From NCBI GenBank assembly GCA_035516795.1, contig DATIZX010000088.1:36750-100749 (forward strand): 64,000 nucleotides of DNA, in the 5' to 3' direction. Each line of letters starts with the position of its first letter. Position 1 is the first letter of the stretch. The DNA is from Verrucomicrobiia bacterium (GTDB lineage Bacteria; Verrucomicrobiota; Verrucomicrobiia; Palsa-1439). The position numbers and the translations under genes are program-made. Shown here one piece after another: positions 38,580 to 48,028 of this stretch. The notes beneath the pieces were generated by a model. It made no database searches, was not told the origin of the DNA, and was given only the letters and a program-made list of their open reading frames with translations.

Positions 38580-41500
38580 ATGCGCAAGACGACCAGGCAC
38601 ACTTTCCTTTGCATCGGTGTTCTTCTCCAGCTCACATGCCTGCTGGCCGCGGCCGGACATTTCCCCTCTCCTAATGACTGGCGCGATGAGAACATCTATC
38701 AAATTTTCACCGATCGTTTTTTCGACGGCGATCCGTCCAATGATAATGCCGAGAGTGTCCATGGGTCGCCTTATGCCCCGACCGACAGCCACGGGATCCA
38801 CGGCGGGGATTTCAAGGGGATCCAGCAGAAGTTGGATTACATCAAAGCGCTTGGGGTGACTGCCATCTGGATCAATCCTATCCCACTGAACGTGGGTGGC
38901 AATTCTGCCTACCACGGTTATGCGGCGCAGGACTTTTATACGCTGGCGCCGCACTGGGGCACGATGGCGGATCTTTCAAACATGGTCGCAGCGGCGCATG
39001 CGCGCGGCATCAAAGTCATTCTCGATGTCGTCTGCAATCATACCGGCGACCTCACCTACGGTACCGATGCGGGTTGGCCGAATTTCATTTATCCGCCCGG
39101 CGGTTATCACCTGCAGTATTACGACAGCGCCAACCAGCATGCTTTCCCGTTCAATCCGACCAACGTGGTGCCGGCGGACCTCTCGACGATCTTCCACACC
39201 AATGGCGCTATCCAGGACTTCGGTGACACCCAGCAGGTGGTCCTCGGAGAGTTGAGTGGTCTCGACGATTTGCGCACCGAAAGCACCTACGTCCGCACCA
39301 ATATGATAAACATTTACACCAACTGGGTCGGCCTCGCTGATTTCGACGGCTTCCGCGTGGACACGGCGAAACACGTGGACTACGGCTTCTGGCAGTATTG
39401 GTGCCCGGCGCTCCACCAGTTCGGCAGCTCAATCGGCAAATCCAACTTCTTCATGTTCGGCGAGGCCTTCGACGGCTCCGAGTCGTTGGTTGGCTCGTAC
39501 ACGGGCGCGGAAGGCGGCGGCCCGTTCAAGTTCGATTCCATGTTGGATTACCCGCTGTATTTCACCATCAATCCTGTCTTTTCCCAAGCTTATGCTGCCA
39601 CGCAGCAGATTGAAAATCACTACAACGCCATTGCGGCGAATTACGACTCGAACGCTTGGTATCGACTGGTCACGTTCCTCGACAACCACGATAATCCTCG
39701 CTTCCTAAGTTCGGGTGATGCCAACGACGACACCAACCGTCTCACCGTCGCGCTGGAGTTCCTCTACACTTCGCGCGGCGTTCCCTGCCTTTACTATGGC
39801 ACCGAGCAGGCGTTCGATGGCAACGGTGACCCAAACGATCGTGAAGACATGTTCGCCGGCCAATTCGAGCAGGGTCCTTCGGTAGGCGACAATTTCAATG
39901 AGACGCATCCGCTCTTTCGGTTAGTCGCCAAGCTCAACAATTTCCGCAGGCTCTATCCCGCCTTGCGCACCGGGATGCAGTATAATCTCTCTAGCGACCC
40001 ATCTGGCCCCGGCTTGTTCGCCTATTCCCGCGTGCTTAGCAATGAGGAGGTCTTTGTCGTCTTGAACACCGCTGGTTACTCGGAGGCACTATCGAATTGT
40101 GCCACCAGCTATGCTCTCGGGACCGCGCTCGTGAATCTGTTCGACACCAACGAAACCGTCACCATCATCAGTGCCGGCGCCACCAACATGACTCCGACAA
40201 TCGTCGTGCCGGCCATGACCACCAAAGCTTTCATTTCCCGGTCGCTTCTCCAACCGCTCGATCCCGTGGTCCTCAGTCAAAGCCCGTCCCACGCGAATAC
40301 CAACGTCTCTGTCGCGACGCCCGTCGTTCTGGTTTTCAGCAAACCGATGGACACCAATTCGGTACAGGCTGCATTCTCAGTGACACCGCCGAAATCGGGT
40401 GTTTTTAGCTGGTCCGCACTCCACAACACGATGACGTTCACCCCCAACGCCCCCGGCTGGCCACTGCTCAGCACCAACCAGGTTCACCTCTCGACAAATG
40501 CGATTGATTCGGTCGACGGGCTGGCGCTCTACGCGTCTTTTGACACCTACTTCTTTACTTCCCATGATATTGTCGCTGCCGGCTCCGTCGTGAGTGGTGG
40601 TAATGGGAATGGGTTCATCGATCCCAATGAGTGCGATTCACTTAATCTGGTCGTCCAGAATATCGGCGGAGGGACGGCCTCGACCGTCAACGCCATATTG
40701 ACGACCACCACACCCGGTGTCAGCATCACACAGCCCCTGTCCACCTATCCGGACCTTCTGCCCGGTGCCTCGGCCACGAACGTCACGCCGTTCAAATTCG
40801 GCACCGCAGCGCCGTACGGCTGCGGTACGCCGGTGTCGTTCTCGCTGGCTCTTACGTATCCTGGTGGCTCGAACAATGTGAATTATGTTATAGCACCCAT
40901 TGCGAGTACTTACACCGTCACACTGTCCAACGGGGTGAGCATCGTGCCGGGGACAGCCGATTCGGCCAATCATGGTGACGATTACACCACGCCGATCAAT
41001 TTGCCTTTCTCCTACACCTTCTTTGGCCAGAACTTTACCAGTGTAAACCTCGGTCCCAACGGAAACCTGCAATTCCTTAGCAGCAACTACGAGTGGAACA
41101 ATACCTGTCTGCCTTACAGCGGCTTCTCCTACGCCATTATGCCGTTTTGGGATGATCTGCGTACGGATTGCGCCGGGGGCGGCATCTTCACTTCCATCAG
41201 CGGCATCGCGCCCAATCGCATCTTCAATATCGAATGGCGCGCCACGTACTGGAATTACTATTGCGCCGGCGCGTCCCTGAATTTTGAAGTTCGCCTCTAC
41301 GAAAATCAGGCCCGCTTCGACATTATCTACGGCACACTCAACGGAAATGGCAGCTCGGCCACCGTCGGTATCCAGAAGGATACCGGGAGCAGTTTCGACC
41401 AGTTTGAATGCAACGCCGGCGGCCTGACCAGTGGCATGATGTTGACCTATCAGATCCCTTGCACCGACGGAGGTGGGACGTGCCCGACAGTCGCCGATTT

Positions 41501-42896
41501 CACTGGCACACCGACCAGCGGTCCGGCCCCGCTGCCGGTCAACTTTACCGATGATTCGATCGGCGTGATCACGAACCGGTTCTGGAACTTCGGAGACGGC
41601 ACTACGGCCAACGTCACGATTACCAACGTGTCGCACACGTACGCGGCGGGCACCTACCCTGTAACACTGGTGGTCACAGGCCCCGGACTGGTCAGCACCA
41701 ACAGTCAGCCGGCTTACATCACGGCGCTGTCGCCGTTTCAAGTGTGGCAAATTCAATACTTTGGCAGCACGAATAATCCGTTGGCGCAGGCCAATGTCGA
41801 CCCGGATAACGATGGATATAACGACCTCCAGGAATTTCACTCTGCCACCAATCCGACCAACTCTGCCAGTCATCCCACCGGGTTCTCTCCAAACCTGCTG
41901 GGTTGGTGGAAATTCGATGAGGGTTACGGGTCCACCACTGCCGATTCCTCGCTGAACGACAACACCGGAATGATTTCAGGCCCATCGTGGCAGTGGACGG
42001 GTGGTCTGTTCGGACCCGCCTTATACTTCGGAGGAGAAGATCAAGTGGCGGTCTCCAATTCCGCATCTCTCAACCCAGTGCAAGCCATCACAGTATCGGC
42101 CTGGGTCAACCCAAATAATTGGTACAACTATCCTCGGATTCTGGAAAAGGGCAAGTCCAACAACCAATATGGGCTGTTTGTGAACCCTGCCGGCCAGTTG
42201 GTGTTTGCCCTGTACGGTGTCACCAACGGCATGCTCGTTACAGCTCTGCCTTCTGAGCTGGCTTGGCATCAGATAGCCGGCGTCTATGATGGGACGTTGA
42301 TCAGTCTGTATATCGACGGGCAAGTCGTCACGCAGCAGACCGCCAGTGGACAGATACCGGTTACAGCCGACCCGTTGGCCATCGGATTCAGACCAGCAGC
42401 CAACGTGTTCTATTATTTCCAAGGTATCATCGATGATGTGCGAATCTACGGACGGGCACTGTCGGCCAGTGAGATTGTACAACTCTACAACACGGACACG
42501 ATCGGCGACGGCATTGCGAATTGGTGGCGTCAACGGTATTTTGGAGACGGTTCGCAAACCAATGTCGCGTCGTGCGCCACGTGCGATTACGATCAGACGG
42601 GTCAGAATAATCTTTTTAAGTATACGGCCGGCTTGGATCCGACTGATGCCTCGTCGGTATTCCGCTTGCAGATCTCGGGCGTCACGAACCGGCCTTCGCA
42701 GGTTGATTTGCTCTTTGCGCCACTTGCCTTGGGCCGCACATACGCGCCCCAATTCAGTACAGATTTGGTAAGCGGCATCTGGTTGCCACTCCCGAGTTAC
42801 CTGGGTCCGGTTACAAACGGCAGTCAAGTCACTATTACCGACACGAATGCCGTTGGGCCGGAGCAATTCTATCGCATAAACATCTCGCCGCCGTGA
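38580..42896 (+). CDS. Secreted modular GH13 alpha-amylase-family protein (catalytic domain, Ig-like, PKD, LamG-like, C-terminal domain)
   Basis: IYQIFTDRF, GGDFKG, YHGY, DVVCNH, DGFRVDTAKH, FGEAF, FLDNHD, PCLYYGTE; later VLVFSKPMD (Ig-like), F.D.S.G....WNFGDG (PKD) and WWKFDEG...DDVRIY (LamG-like). Start uncertain. Confidence 0.9.
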   Translation: MRKTTRHTFLCIGVLLQLTCLLAAAGHFPSPNDWRDENIYQIFTDRFFDGDPSNDNAESVHGSPYAPTDSHGIHGGDFKGIQQKLDYIKALGVTAIWINPIPLNVGGNSAYHGYAAQDFYTLAPHWGTMADLSNMVAAAHARGIKVILDVVCNHTGDLTYGTDAGWPNFIYPPGGYHLQYYDSANQHAFPFNPTNVVPADLSTIFHTNGAIQDFGDTQQVVLGELSGLDDLRTESTYVRTNMINIYTNWVGLADFDGFRVDTAKHVDYGFWQYWCPALHQFGSSIGKSNFFMFGEAFDGSESLVGSYTGAEGGGPFKFDSMLDYPLYFTINPVFSQAYAATQQIENHYNAIAANYDSNAWYRLVTFLDNHDNPRFLSSGDANDDTNRLTVALEFLYTSRGVPCLYYGTEQAFDGNGDPNDREDMFAGQFEQGPSVGDNFNETHPLFRLVAKLNNFRRLYPALRTGMQYNLSSDPSGPGLFAYSRVLSNEEVFVVLNTAGYSEALSNCATSYALGTALVNLFDTNETVTIISAGATNMTPTIVVPAMTTKAFISRSLLQPLDPVVLSQSPSHANTNVSVATPVVLVFSKPMDTNSVQAAFSVTPPKSGVFSWSALHNTMTFTPNAPGWPLLSTNQVHLSTNAIDSVDGLALYASFDTYFFTSHDIVAAGSVVSGGNGNGFIDPNECDSLNLVVQNIGGGTASTVNAILTTTTPGVSITQPLSTYPDLLPGASATNVTPFKFGTAAPYGCGTPVSFSLALTYPGGSNNVNYVIAPIASTYTVTLSNGVSIVPGTADSANHGDDYTTPINLPFSYTFFGQNFTSVNLGPNGNLQFLSSNYEWNNTCLPYSGFSYAIMPFWDDLRTDCAGGGIFTSISGIAPNRIFNIEWRATYWNYYCAGASLNFEVRLYENQARFDIIYGTLNGNGSSATVGIQKDTGSSFDQFECNAGGLTSGMMLTYQIPCTDGGGTCPTVADFTGTPTSGPAPLPVNFTDDSIGVITNRFWNFGDGTTANVTITNVSHTYAAGTYPVTLVVTGPGLVSTNSQPAYITALSPFQVWQIQYFGSTNNPLAQANVDPDNDGYNDLQEFHSATNPTNSASHPTGFSPNLLGWWKFDEGYGSTTADSSLNDNTGMISGPSWQWTGGLFGPALYFGGEDQVAVSNSASLNPVQAITVSAWVNPNNWYNYPRILEKGKSNNQYGLFVNPAGQLVFALYGVTNGMLVTALPSELAWHQIAGVYDGTLISLYIDGQVVTQQTASGQIPVTADPLAIGFRPAANVFYYFQGIIDDVRIYGRALSASEIVQLYNTDTIGDGIANWWRQRYFGDGSQTNVASCATCDYDQTGQNNLFKYTAGLDPTDASSVFRLQISGVTNRPSQVDLLFAPLALGRTYAPQFSTDLVSGIWLPLPSYLGPVTNGSQVTITDTNAVGPEQFYRINISPP

Positions 42897-42961
42897 TGAA
42901 ACGTTAAGCTCAATTCTGAGCCCCCGATTCCCTGTTGGTGTCGCTCGTCAACTCGTGTCCA

Positions 42962-42989
42962 GCAGACGAAATGGATTTCTATCCGGTCA
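42962..42989 (+). repeat. 28-bp direct repeat, copy 2 (downstream of the GH13 gene, upstream of kduI)
   Basis: GCAGACGAAATGGATTTCTATCCGGTCA. Confidence 0.85.
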
Positions 42990-43081
42990 TCCGTGCCGAC
43001 AATTCGCGAGCCAATGACTTCCCCGACTGCATCAAGCCAATCTGCGTGTTGAAACGTGGAAATCAACCGGCGATTTGGGCT

Positions 43082-43126
43082 GTAGCGTCGAGACGATTGG
43101 TGTTGGCGGTTACAGACTGCCGCTAC
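43082..43126. repeat. REP-like doublet (GTAGCGGC-type)
   Basis: GTAGCG...GGCGGTTACAGACTGCCGCTAC. Confidence 0.55.
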
Positions 43127-43228
43127 AGTTCTGAAACTGTTGCTGACCGAATGAGAACCTGATACTCTGACGACGATTCCAGCGAGTGGTCCCGACCGAC
43201 CAACCGGAAGAATCCAGGAGAACTCAAC

Positions 43229-44059
43229 ATGGAAATGCGATATGCACCTGATTTGACACGTTACCCGCGGTTGACCACCGCCGAGTTACGAGCGGGGTAT
43301 TTAATCGAGAAGCTGTTTCAACCGGGCAGCGTGCAATTGCTCTACACGGACGTGGACCGGGCTGTCGTGGGCGGCGTCGTGCCCACAGGACAGAAGCTTT
43401 TGTTGGGCACGGCGAAGGAATTGGCTTCGGCGTATTTCGCCGAACGACGCGAACTCGGCGTGATCAATATCGGCGGAAAAGGCACGATTGCGGTGGATGG
43501 GAAAGAGCTTTCGTTGGAGAAGCGGGATTGCCTGTACATCGGACGCGGCAGCCAGAAGATCGAATTTGCCAGCGCAAATCCGAAGGCGCCGGCCTGGTTT
43601 TATCTGGTGAGTTATCCGGCGCACACGACGTATCCCACAAAACTCGTTACCCCGAAGGACGCCGAGCCGGCGAATCTTGGATCGCAGCGCGAGTGCAATC
43701 AGCGAACGATTTACAAGTACATTCATCTCAACGGCGTCAAGAGTTGCCAGTTGGTGATGGGGTTTACGGAATTGAAAGAGGGCAGCGTCTGGAACACAAT
43801 GCCGCCGCACACCCATACGCGGCGCACCGAAGTCTATCTGTATTTCGATGTGGCGCCGGACGCAGCAGTATTTCATACGATGGGTCCAACGGATGAGACG
43901 CGGCACCTGATTGTGCGCAATGGCGAAGTGGTATTGTCGCCGCCGTGGTCGATGCACTGCGGAGCGGGAACCCGGGCCTACTCGTTCATTTGGGCCATGG
44001 GCGGCGAAAACCAGGAGTTCGCCGACATGGATCAGATCAAGGTGGAAGAATTGCAGTGA
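43229..44059 (+). CDS. kduI: 5-dehydro-4-deoxy-D-glucuronate isomerase
   Basis: ERRELGVINIGG, SCQLVMG, WNTMPPHTHTRRTEVYLYF, SPPWSMHCG, FIWAMGGENQ. Confidence 0.97.
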   Translation: MEMRYAPDLTRYPRLTTAELRAGYLIEKLFQPGSVQLLYTDVDRAVVGGVVPTGQKLLLGTAKELASAYFAERRELGVINIGGKGTIAVDGKELSLEKRDCLYIGRGSQKIEFASANPKAPAWFYLVSYPAHTTYPTKLVTPKDAEPANLGSQRECNQRTIYKYIHLNGVKSCQLVMGFTELKEGSVWNTMPPHTHTRRTEVYLYFDVAPDAAVFHTMGPTDETRHLIVRNGEVVLSPPWSMHCGAGTRAYSFIWAMGGENQEFADMDQIKVEELQ

Positions 44060-44079
44060 GTGATTAAAATCAGCCAATT

Positions 44080-44135
44080 GTAGCCGCAGGCTTTAGCCTG
44101 CGAAGACACCGCGCACCTGTAAAGGGTGCGGCTAC
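44080..44135 (+). repeat. GTAG-type REP doublet between kduI and kduD
   Basis: GTAGCCGCAGGCTTTAGCCTGCG-8nt-GCGCACCTGTAAAGGGTGCGGCTAC; two hairpins bounded by GTAG/CTAC. Confidence 0.88.
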
Positions 44136-44163
44136 AGGAACACGCCTTCAAGGAGACAAAAAC

Positions 44164-44928
44164 ATGGCGATTCTGGATCAATTCAAATTGGATGGCAAAG
44201 TGGCGATCGTCACGGGAGCCGGACGCGGGTTGGGGCAGGGGATCGCGTTCGGCCTTGCCGAAGCCGGCGCTGATATCGCGGCGGTCGACGTGGTGGATCA
44301 ATCCGAAACCAAAGCCGGCGTGGAGAAACGGGGACGACGTTGCACCGCTGTCAAAGCCGACCTATCGAAGAGCGATTGTGTGCCGCACATTATCGACTCG
44401 ACTCTCAAAGCGCTTGGTCACATCGACATCCTTTTCAACAACGCTGGCATTATCCGACGCGCACCTTTGACCGAGTTCACGGAGAAGGATTGGGACGACG
44501 TGATCAACATCAACTTGCGCACGCTGTTCTTCCTCAGCCAAGCGGTGGCGAAGGTCATGATCAAACAGGGCAAGGGCGGCAAGATCATCAACATAGCATC
44601 GATGCTCTCGTTTCAGGGCGGCATCCGCGTCCCATCGTACACGGCGTCCAAGAGCGCCGTGATGGGGTTGACCCGGCTCATGGGCAACGAACTCGCGCCG
44701 CACAGGATCAACGTCAACGCCATCGCGCCGGGTTACATGGCCACCGACAACACCAAAGCCCTTCGGGAAGACGAGAAGCGCAGTGCTGAGATTCTCGGTC
44801 GTATTCCCGCCGGCCGTTGGGGTTTGCCAACGGATCTGCAAGGTGCCGCGGTGTTTCTGGCGTCGCCAGCGTCCGATTACGTGCAGGCGTACACCATCGC
44901 TGTAGACGGCGGCTGGCTGGCGCGGTAA
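44164..44928 (+). CDS. kduD: 2-deoxy-D-gluconate 3-dehydrogenase
   Basis: TGAGRGLGQG, NNAGIIRR, SFQGGIRVPSYTASK, APGYMATDNT, GRWG.P.DL; adjacent to kduI. Confidence 0.96.
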   Translation: MAILDQFKLDGKVAIVTGAGRGLGQGIAFGLAEAGADIAAVDVVDQSETKAGVEKRGRRCTAVKADLSKSDCVPHIIDSTLKALGHIDILFNNAGIIRRAPLTEFTEKDWDDVININLRTLFFLSQAVAKVMIKQGKGGKIINIASMLSFQGGIRVPSYTASKSAVMGLTRLMGNELAPHRINVNAIAPGYMATDNTKALREDEKRSAEILGRIPAGRWGLPTDLQGAAVFLASPASDYVQAYTIAVDGGWLAR

Positions 44929-45038
44929 TGCGCTAAAAGTGCGACGATGCGGCCGTTTCTATCGCCGACGCTCGTTGCCAATTGAATGCAATGGCGTGCG
45001 CTTCACAGAAGCGCAGCTACAAAAGCATTCACCAACTC

Positions 45039-46655
45039 TTACGCTGTGACTCGTTTCAGATTTTCGTCCAGCGGTGTCATCTGCGGCATCAGCAGGTGCG
45101 CGATACCGAGGAGAATCAGGTAGCACGAGCCGGCGGCCAAAAACGCCCAGAAATACCCGGCCGGGCCGCTGGTGGTAAGAACCTGGCCGAGGCTGTAGTC
45201 GGCGCACATTCCTGCGACGGCGCCGACCATCCCGCCAATGCCAGTGACGGAGGCGATGGCCTTTTTCGGGAAGACGTCGGAAACGAGAGTGAACACATTG
45301 GCCGACCACGCCTGATGTCCGCTCGCCGCAAGCGCGATCAACAGCACGGCGATCCAGTAAAGCTTGTCGGAGCGCGCGCTGCGGATCAGGGCCGATTCCA
45401 TTTGCTTGGCCTGCCCGCTGGGGATTGTCGCGCTGACGGCTTTCAAGAATTCCTTGGCCGACGTGTAACTCTTGCCCGAAAGCGCATGGAGTGCAGTCTG
45501 AACTTCGGCCGGCACGGATTCCCTGATCTTGACCCGCTTGGACTTGCCCTCCTCGGTGACGACCTTATCGGTCGTAAAAGTAGCCTTCTGGAGACGGTCG
45601 AAGAAGCGTTCGTTCACGTTGAAGCGCGTGCCGAGTTGAGTGGCAAACATCACCGGCAGGATGAAGAGCGCACATATGAACATGGCGGTCTTGCGAGAAC
45701 GGTTCACGGTCCAACCCATCTTGATGAAGTGGGACGACAGCCAACCGCCGGCCACGCTGCCACCGTCGGCCAGCACGTAGATGATGACCAGCGGCAGTGC
45801 GAGACCCTTGATATCCAGGCCGAATTCGTCATACAGAAACTTGCCACCCCAGAACAGGTAGAACCACCAAACCGCGTCGGTGATTTTGACGGTGGAAAAC
45901 GCCCACGTTTCACGGAGCGGCAACACCTTGAGCCACGGGACTTTTGTGGTGGCGGATTCGGCCACGGAATCGCTGTTGATGTAGGCCAATTCCTCTTTGG
46001 AAAGGCGCGGGTGCACTTCCGGGCGCCGATAGACCTTCCACCACGTCAGGACCCAGAGCGCGCTGAATGTGCCCGTGGTGAGGAAGGCGAATTGCCAGTT
46101 CGTGCCGTCCGGCCACACCACCAGCGGAATCACAATCGGAGCGAGAATGGCGCCGACGTTGGAACCGGCGTTGAAGACCCCTGTGGCGAGGGCGCGCTCC
46201 TTCTTGGGAAACCATTCCCCGACGGTCTTGATCGCGGCGGGGAAGTTGCCGGATTCACCAAACCCAAGGCCGAATCGTGCGATGGAGAAACCGATCAGGC
46301 TGAATACCGGTCGGACTGCGGCGTGCAACATGCCGAAGACGCTCCAAATCCCGATCGCCAGCGTATATCCGATGCGCGTCCCGAGTTTGTCGATGATGGC
46401 CCCCATTGCGAGCATGCCGATTGCATACGCCAGCTTGAAGGCGATATTGATCGTAGCGTAATTGGCGTCCGTCCAGTTGAACACCTTGTATTGCAGTGTG
46501 GGCCCGAGCACACCCAGAATGCTGCGATCCATGTAATTGATGGTCGTTGCGGCAAACAGCAGAGCACAAATCGTCCAACGATATCGGCCGGCGGGCTTCA
46601 GATGGAGGCCAGCGGCGCTTTTGGGTTTAACGACTGGCGTGCGTGTGTCGCTCAC
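45039..46655 (-). CDS. ExuT-like hexuronate MFS transporter with an extra soluble loop
   Basis: RWTICALLFAATTINYMDR, GESGNFPAAIK, WWFYLFW, HQAWSAN, GIGGM.G. Confidence 0.9.
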   Translation of the reverse strand: MSDTRTPVVKPKSAAGLHLKPAGRYRWTICALLFAATTINYMDRSILGVLGPTLQYKVFNWTDANYATINIAFKLAYAIGMLAMGAIIDKLGTRIGYTLAIGIWSVFGMLHAAVRPVFSLIGFSIARFGLGFGESGNFPAAIKTVGEWFPKKERALATGVFNAGSNVGAILAPIVIPLVVWPDGTNWQFAFLTTGTFSALWVLTWWKVYRRPEVHPRLSKEELAYINSDSVAESATTKVPWLKVLPLRETWAFSTVKITDAVWWFYLFWGGKFLYDEFGLDIKGLALPLVIIYVLADGGSVAGGWLSSHFIKMGWTVNRSRKTAMFICALFILPVMFATQLGTRFNVNERFFDRLQKATFTTDKVVTEEGKSKRVKIRESVPAEVQTALHALSGKSYTSAKEFLKAVSATIPSGQAKQMESALIRSARSDKLYWIAVLLIALAASGHQAWSANVFTLVSDVFPKKAIASVTGIGGMVGAVAGMCADYSLGQVLTTSGPAGYFWAFLAAGSCYLILLGIAHLLMPQMTPLDENLKRVTA

Positions 46656-46810
46656 GTTGTTATCCTCCCCAGAGAATGTGGTTTAAGGTCCATCCGCTTC
46701 GCCGCTCCGTCGTGAAATCCGCACAAACATGCGGAAACGCAGACAATAAAATCCGCATCGCGCGCGGTCAAGGTTGGATTCCGAAAAGTCTGCTCGCAGC
46801 TTCCATCATT

Positions 46811-47656
46811 TCACTCGGCGCGTTGTCCTGTCGGGTTTCGGCCGGTGAATTGTTTGAAGGCGCGACTGAAATCGTTCGGATGCCGGTAACCGAGCGAGTA
46901 GGCTATCTCCTTGACCGAAAGGGAACCGCCAGTCAGCAATTCCTGCGCACGGGCCATTTTTAATCGCTGAAAGTAAGCGGCGGGCGATTCACCGTGGTGG
47001 CGCTGGAACATCCGCGCCAGCGTGGCCGAGGAGATTTGCAGGTAATCACACAGCGCGCTGACCGGATTGGACTGGGAGAGGTTTTGCGCCATCCAACGCA
47101 CCGCCAACTCCATGCGCACCGACGGTTCTGGCGGTTGCGTTTTGCGCCGCACGAGTCGGGTCACGGTGACGTCGATCCCGATGCGCAGTTGCTCGATGGC
47201 CAGTTTGCTGAGTTCATCCGGGCGTTCCACCTCTTGCCGGCAGAGAGCATGAAGCTGCTCCAGTTTGTGCTGCAAAGACGGATCGATCATCCAATGCTGG
47301 TAGGCCCCGGGCGCGGGAGTGCACTCGGAACAACAAGGCCGCGTGCGCCAGATCCAGACGAGCAGATCGCAGATCTCATCCGGCTCGTCCATCCAGCCGC
47401 TGGCACAATCCGGGTCGATCACGAGGAAATCGCCCGGCTTAAGAACCTTGCGTTCCTGCTCGAGAACCAAGGCTGGGTTACCACGGTCCACCAATACATA
47501 ATGCCAGCCCGGATGACGGGAAACGGGAATGGGGTGCTGGCCATACTGCCGATGGCCCCAAGCCAGATAAAGAAGGTCCCACTGGGCACTTTCGGGGCAA
47601 ACCCAGCGCGGACGTCCAGGCGGCGGCAAATGCAAAGCCTGCGGCAGTGTGTTCAC
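46811..47656 (-). CDS. AraC-family transcriptional regulator
   Basis: Cupin-like N-terminus; C-terminal LSVKEIAYSLGYRHPNDFSRAFKQFTG helix-turn-helix. Confidence 0.92.
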   Translation of the reverse strand: MNTLPQALHLPPPGRPRWVCPESAQWDLLYLAWGHRQYGQHPIPVSRHPGWHYVLVDRGNPALVLEQERKVLKPGDFLVIDPDCASGWMDEPDEICDLLVWIWRTRPCCSECTPAPGAYQHWMIDPSLQHKLEQLHALCRQEVERPDELSKLAIEQLRIGIDVTVTRLVRRKTQPPEPSVRMELAVRWMAQNLSQSNPVSALCDYLQISSATLARMFQRHHGESPAAYFQRLKMARAQELLTGGSLSVKEIAYSLGYRHPNDFSRAFKQFTGRNPTGQRAE

Positions 47657-48028
47657 GGGGTCAACTCTCTCATCGCATTACCCATCATCTTCTCAAAAGA
47701 GGCTATCAAAATTCCAGCAAAATTACCAGAATAGAATTGGCGGGGAAAGCTATTTTGTTATATGCTACGTCGTGTCAAGAGGGTAGTTGCCGCCGGATGA
47801 ACCATTTCACCTGAACTGGGAAATAGATAGCCTGGTTCGGCACGCCGTTGCCTGCCGGACCAGATCGGCGCTCGACAAAAATTTGGACAGCAAGTATTCT
47901 CAACTTATACCGGACAAAACACGTAACCAATGGTGTGGGAAATCATGAACAAGACCCTTGTAACTGGCACGGTGAAAAGTCCGAATCGGAAGCCAGAATT
48001 GGCGCGTCGTTTAGGAACTCCATCAGCT

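Noticed and set aside
42935-43162. Short ORF downstream of the amylase containing MDFYPV
   Set aside because: It runs through a REP element and has no protein-like features; noted only as part of the 28-bp repeat finding.
44982-46715. 577-aa plus-strand ORF opposite the MFS gene
   Set aside because: Antisense shadow of the transporter.
47838-47851. Possible sigma54 promoter upstream of uxaE (CGGCACGCCGTTGC)
   Set aside because: The GG-GC spacing is one base short of the strict requirement.
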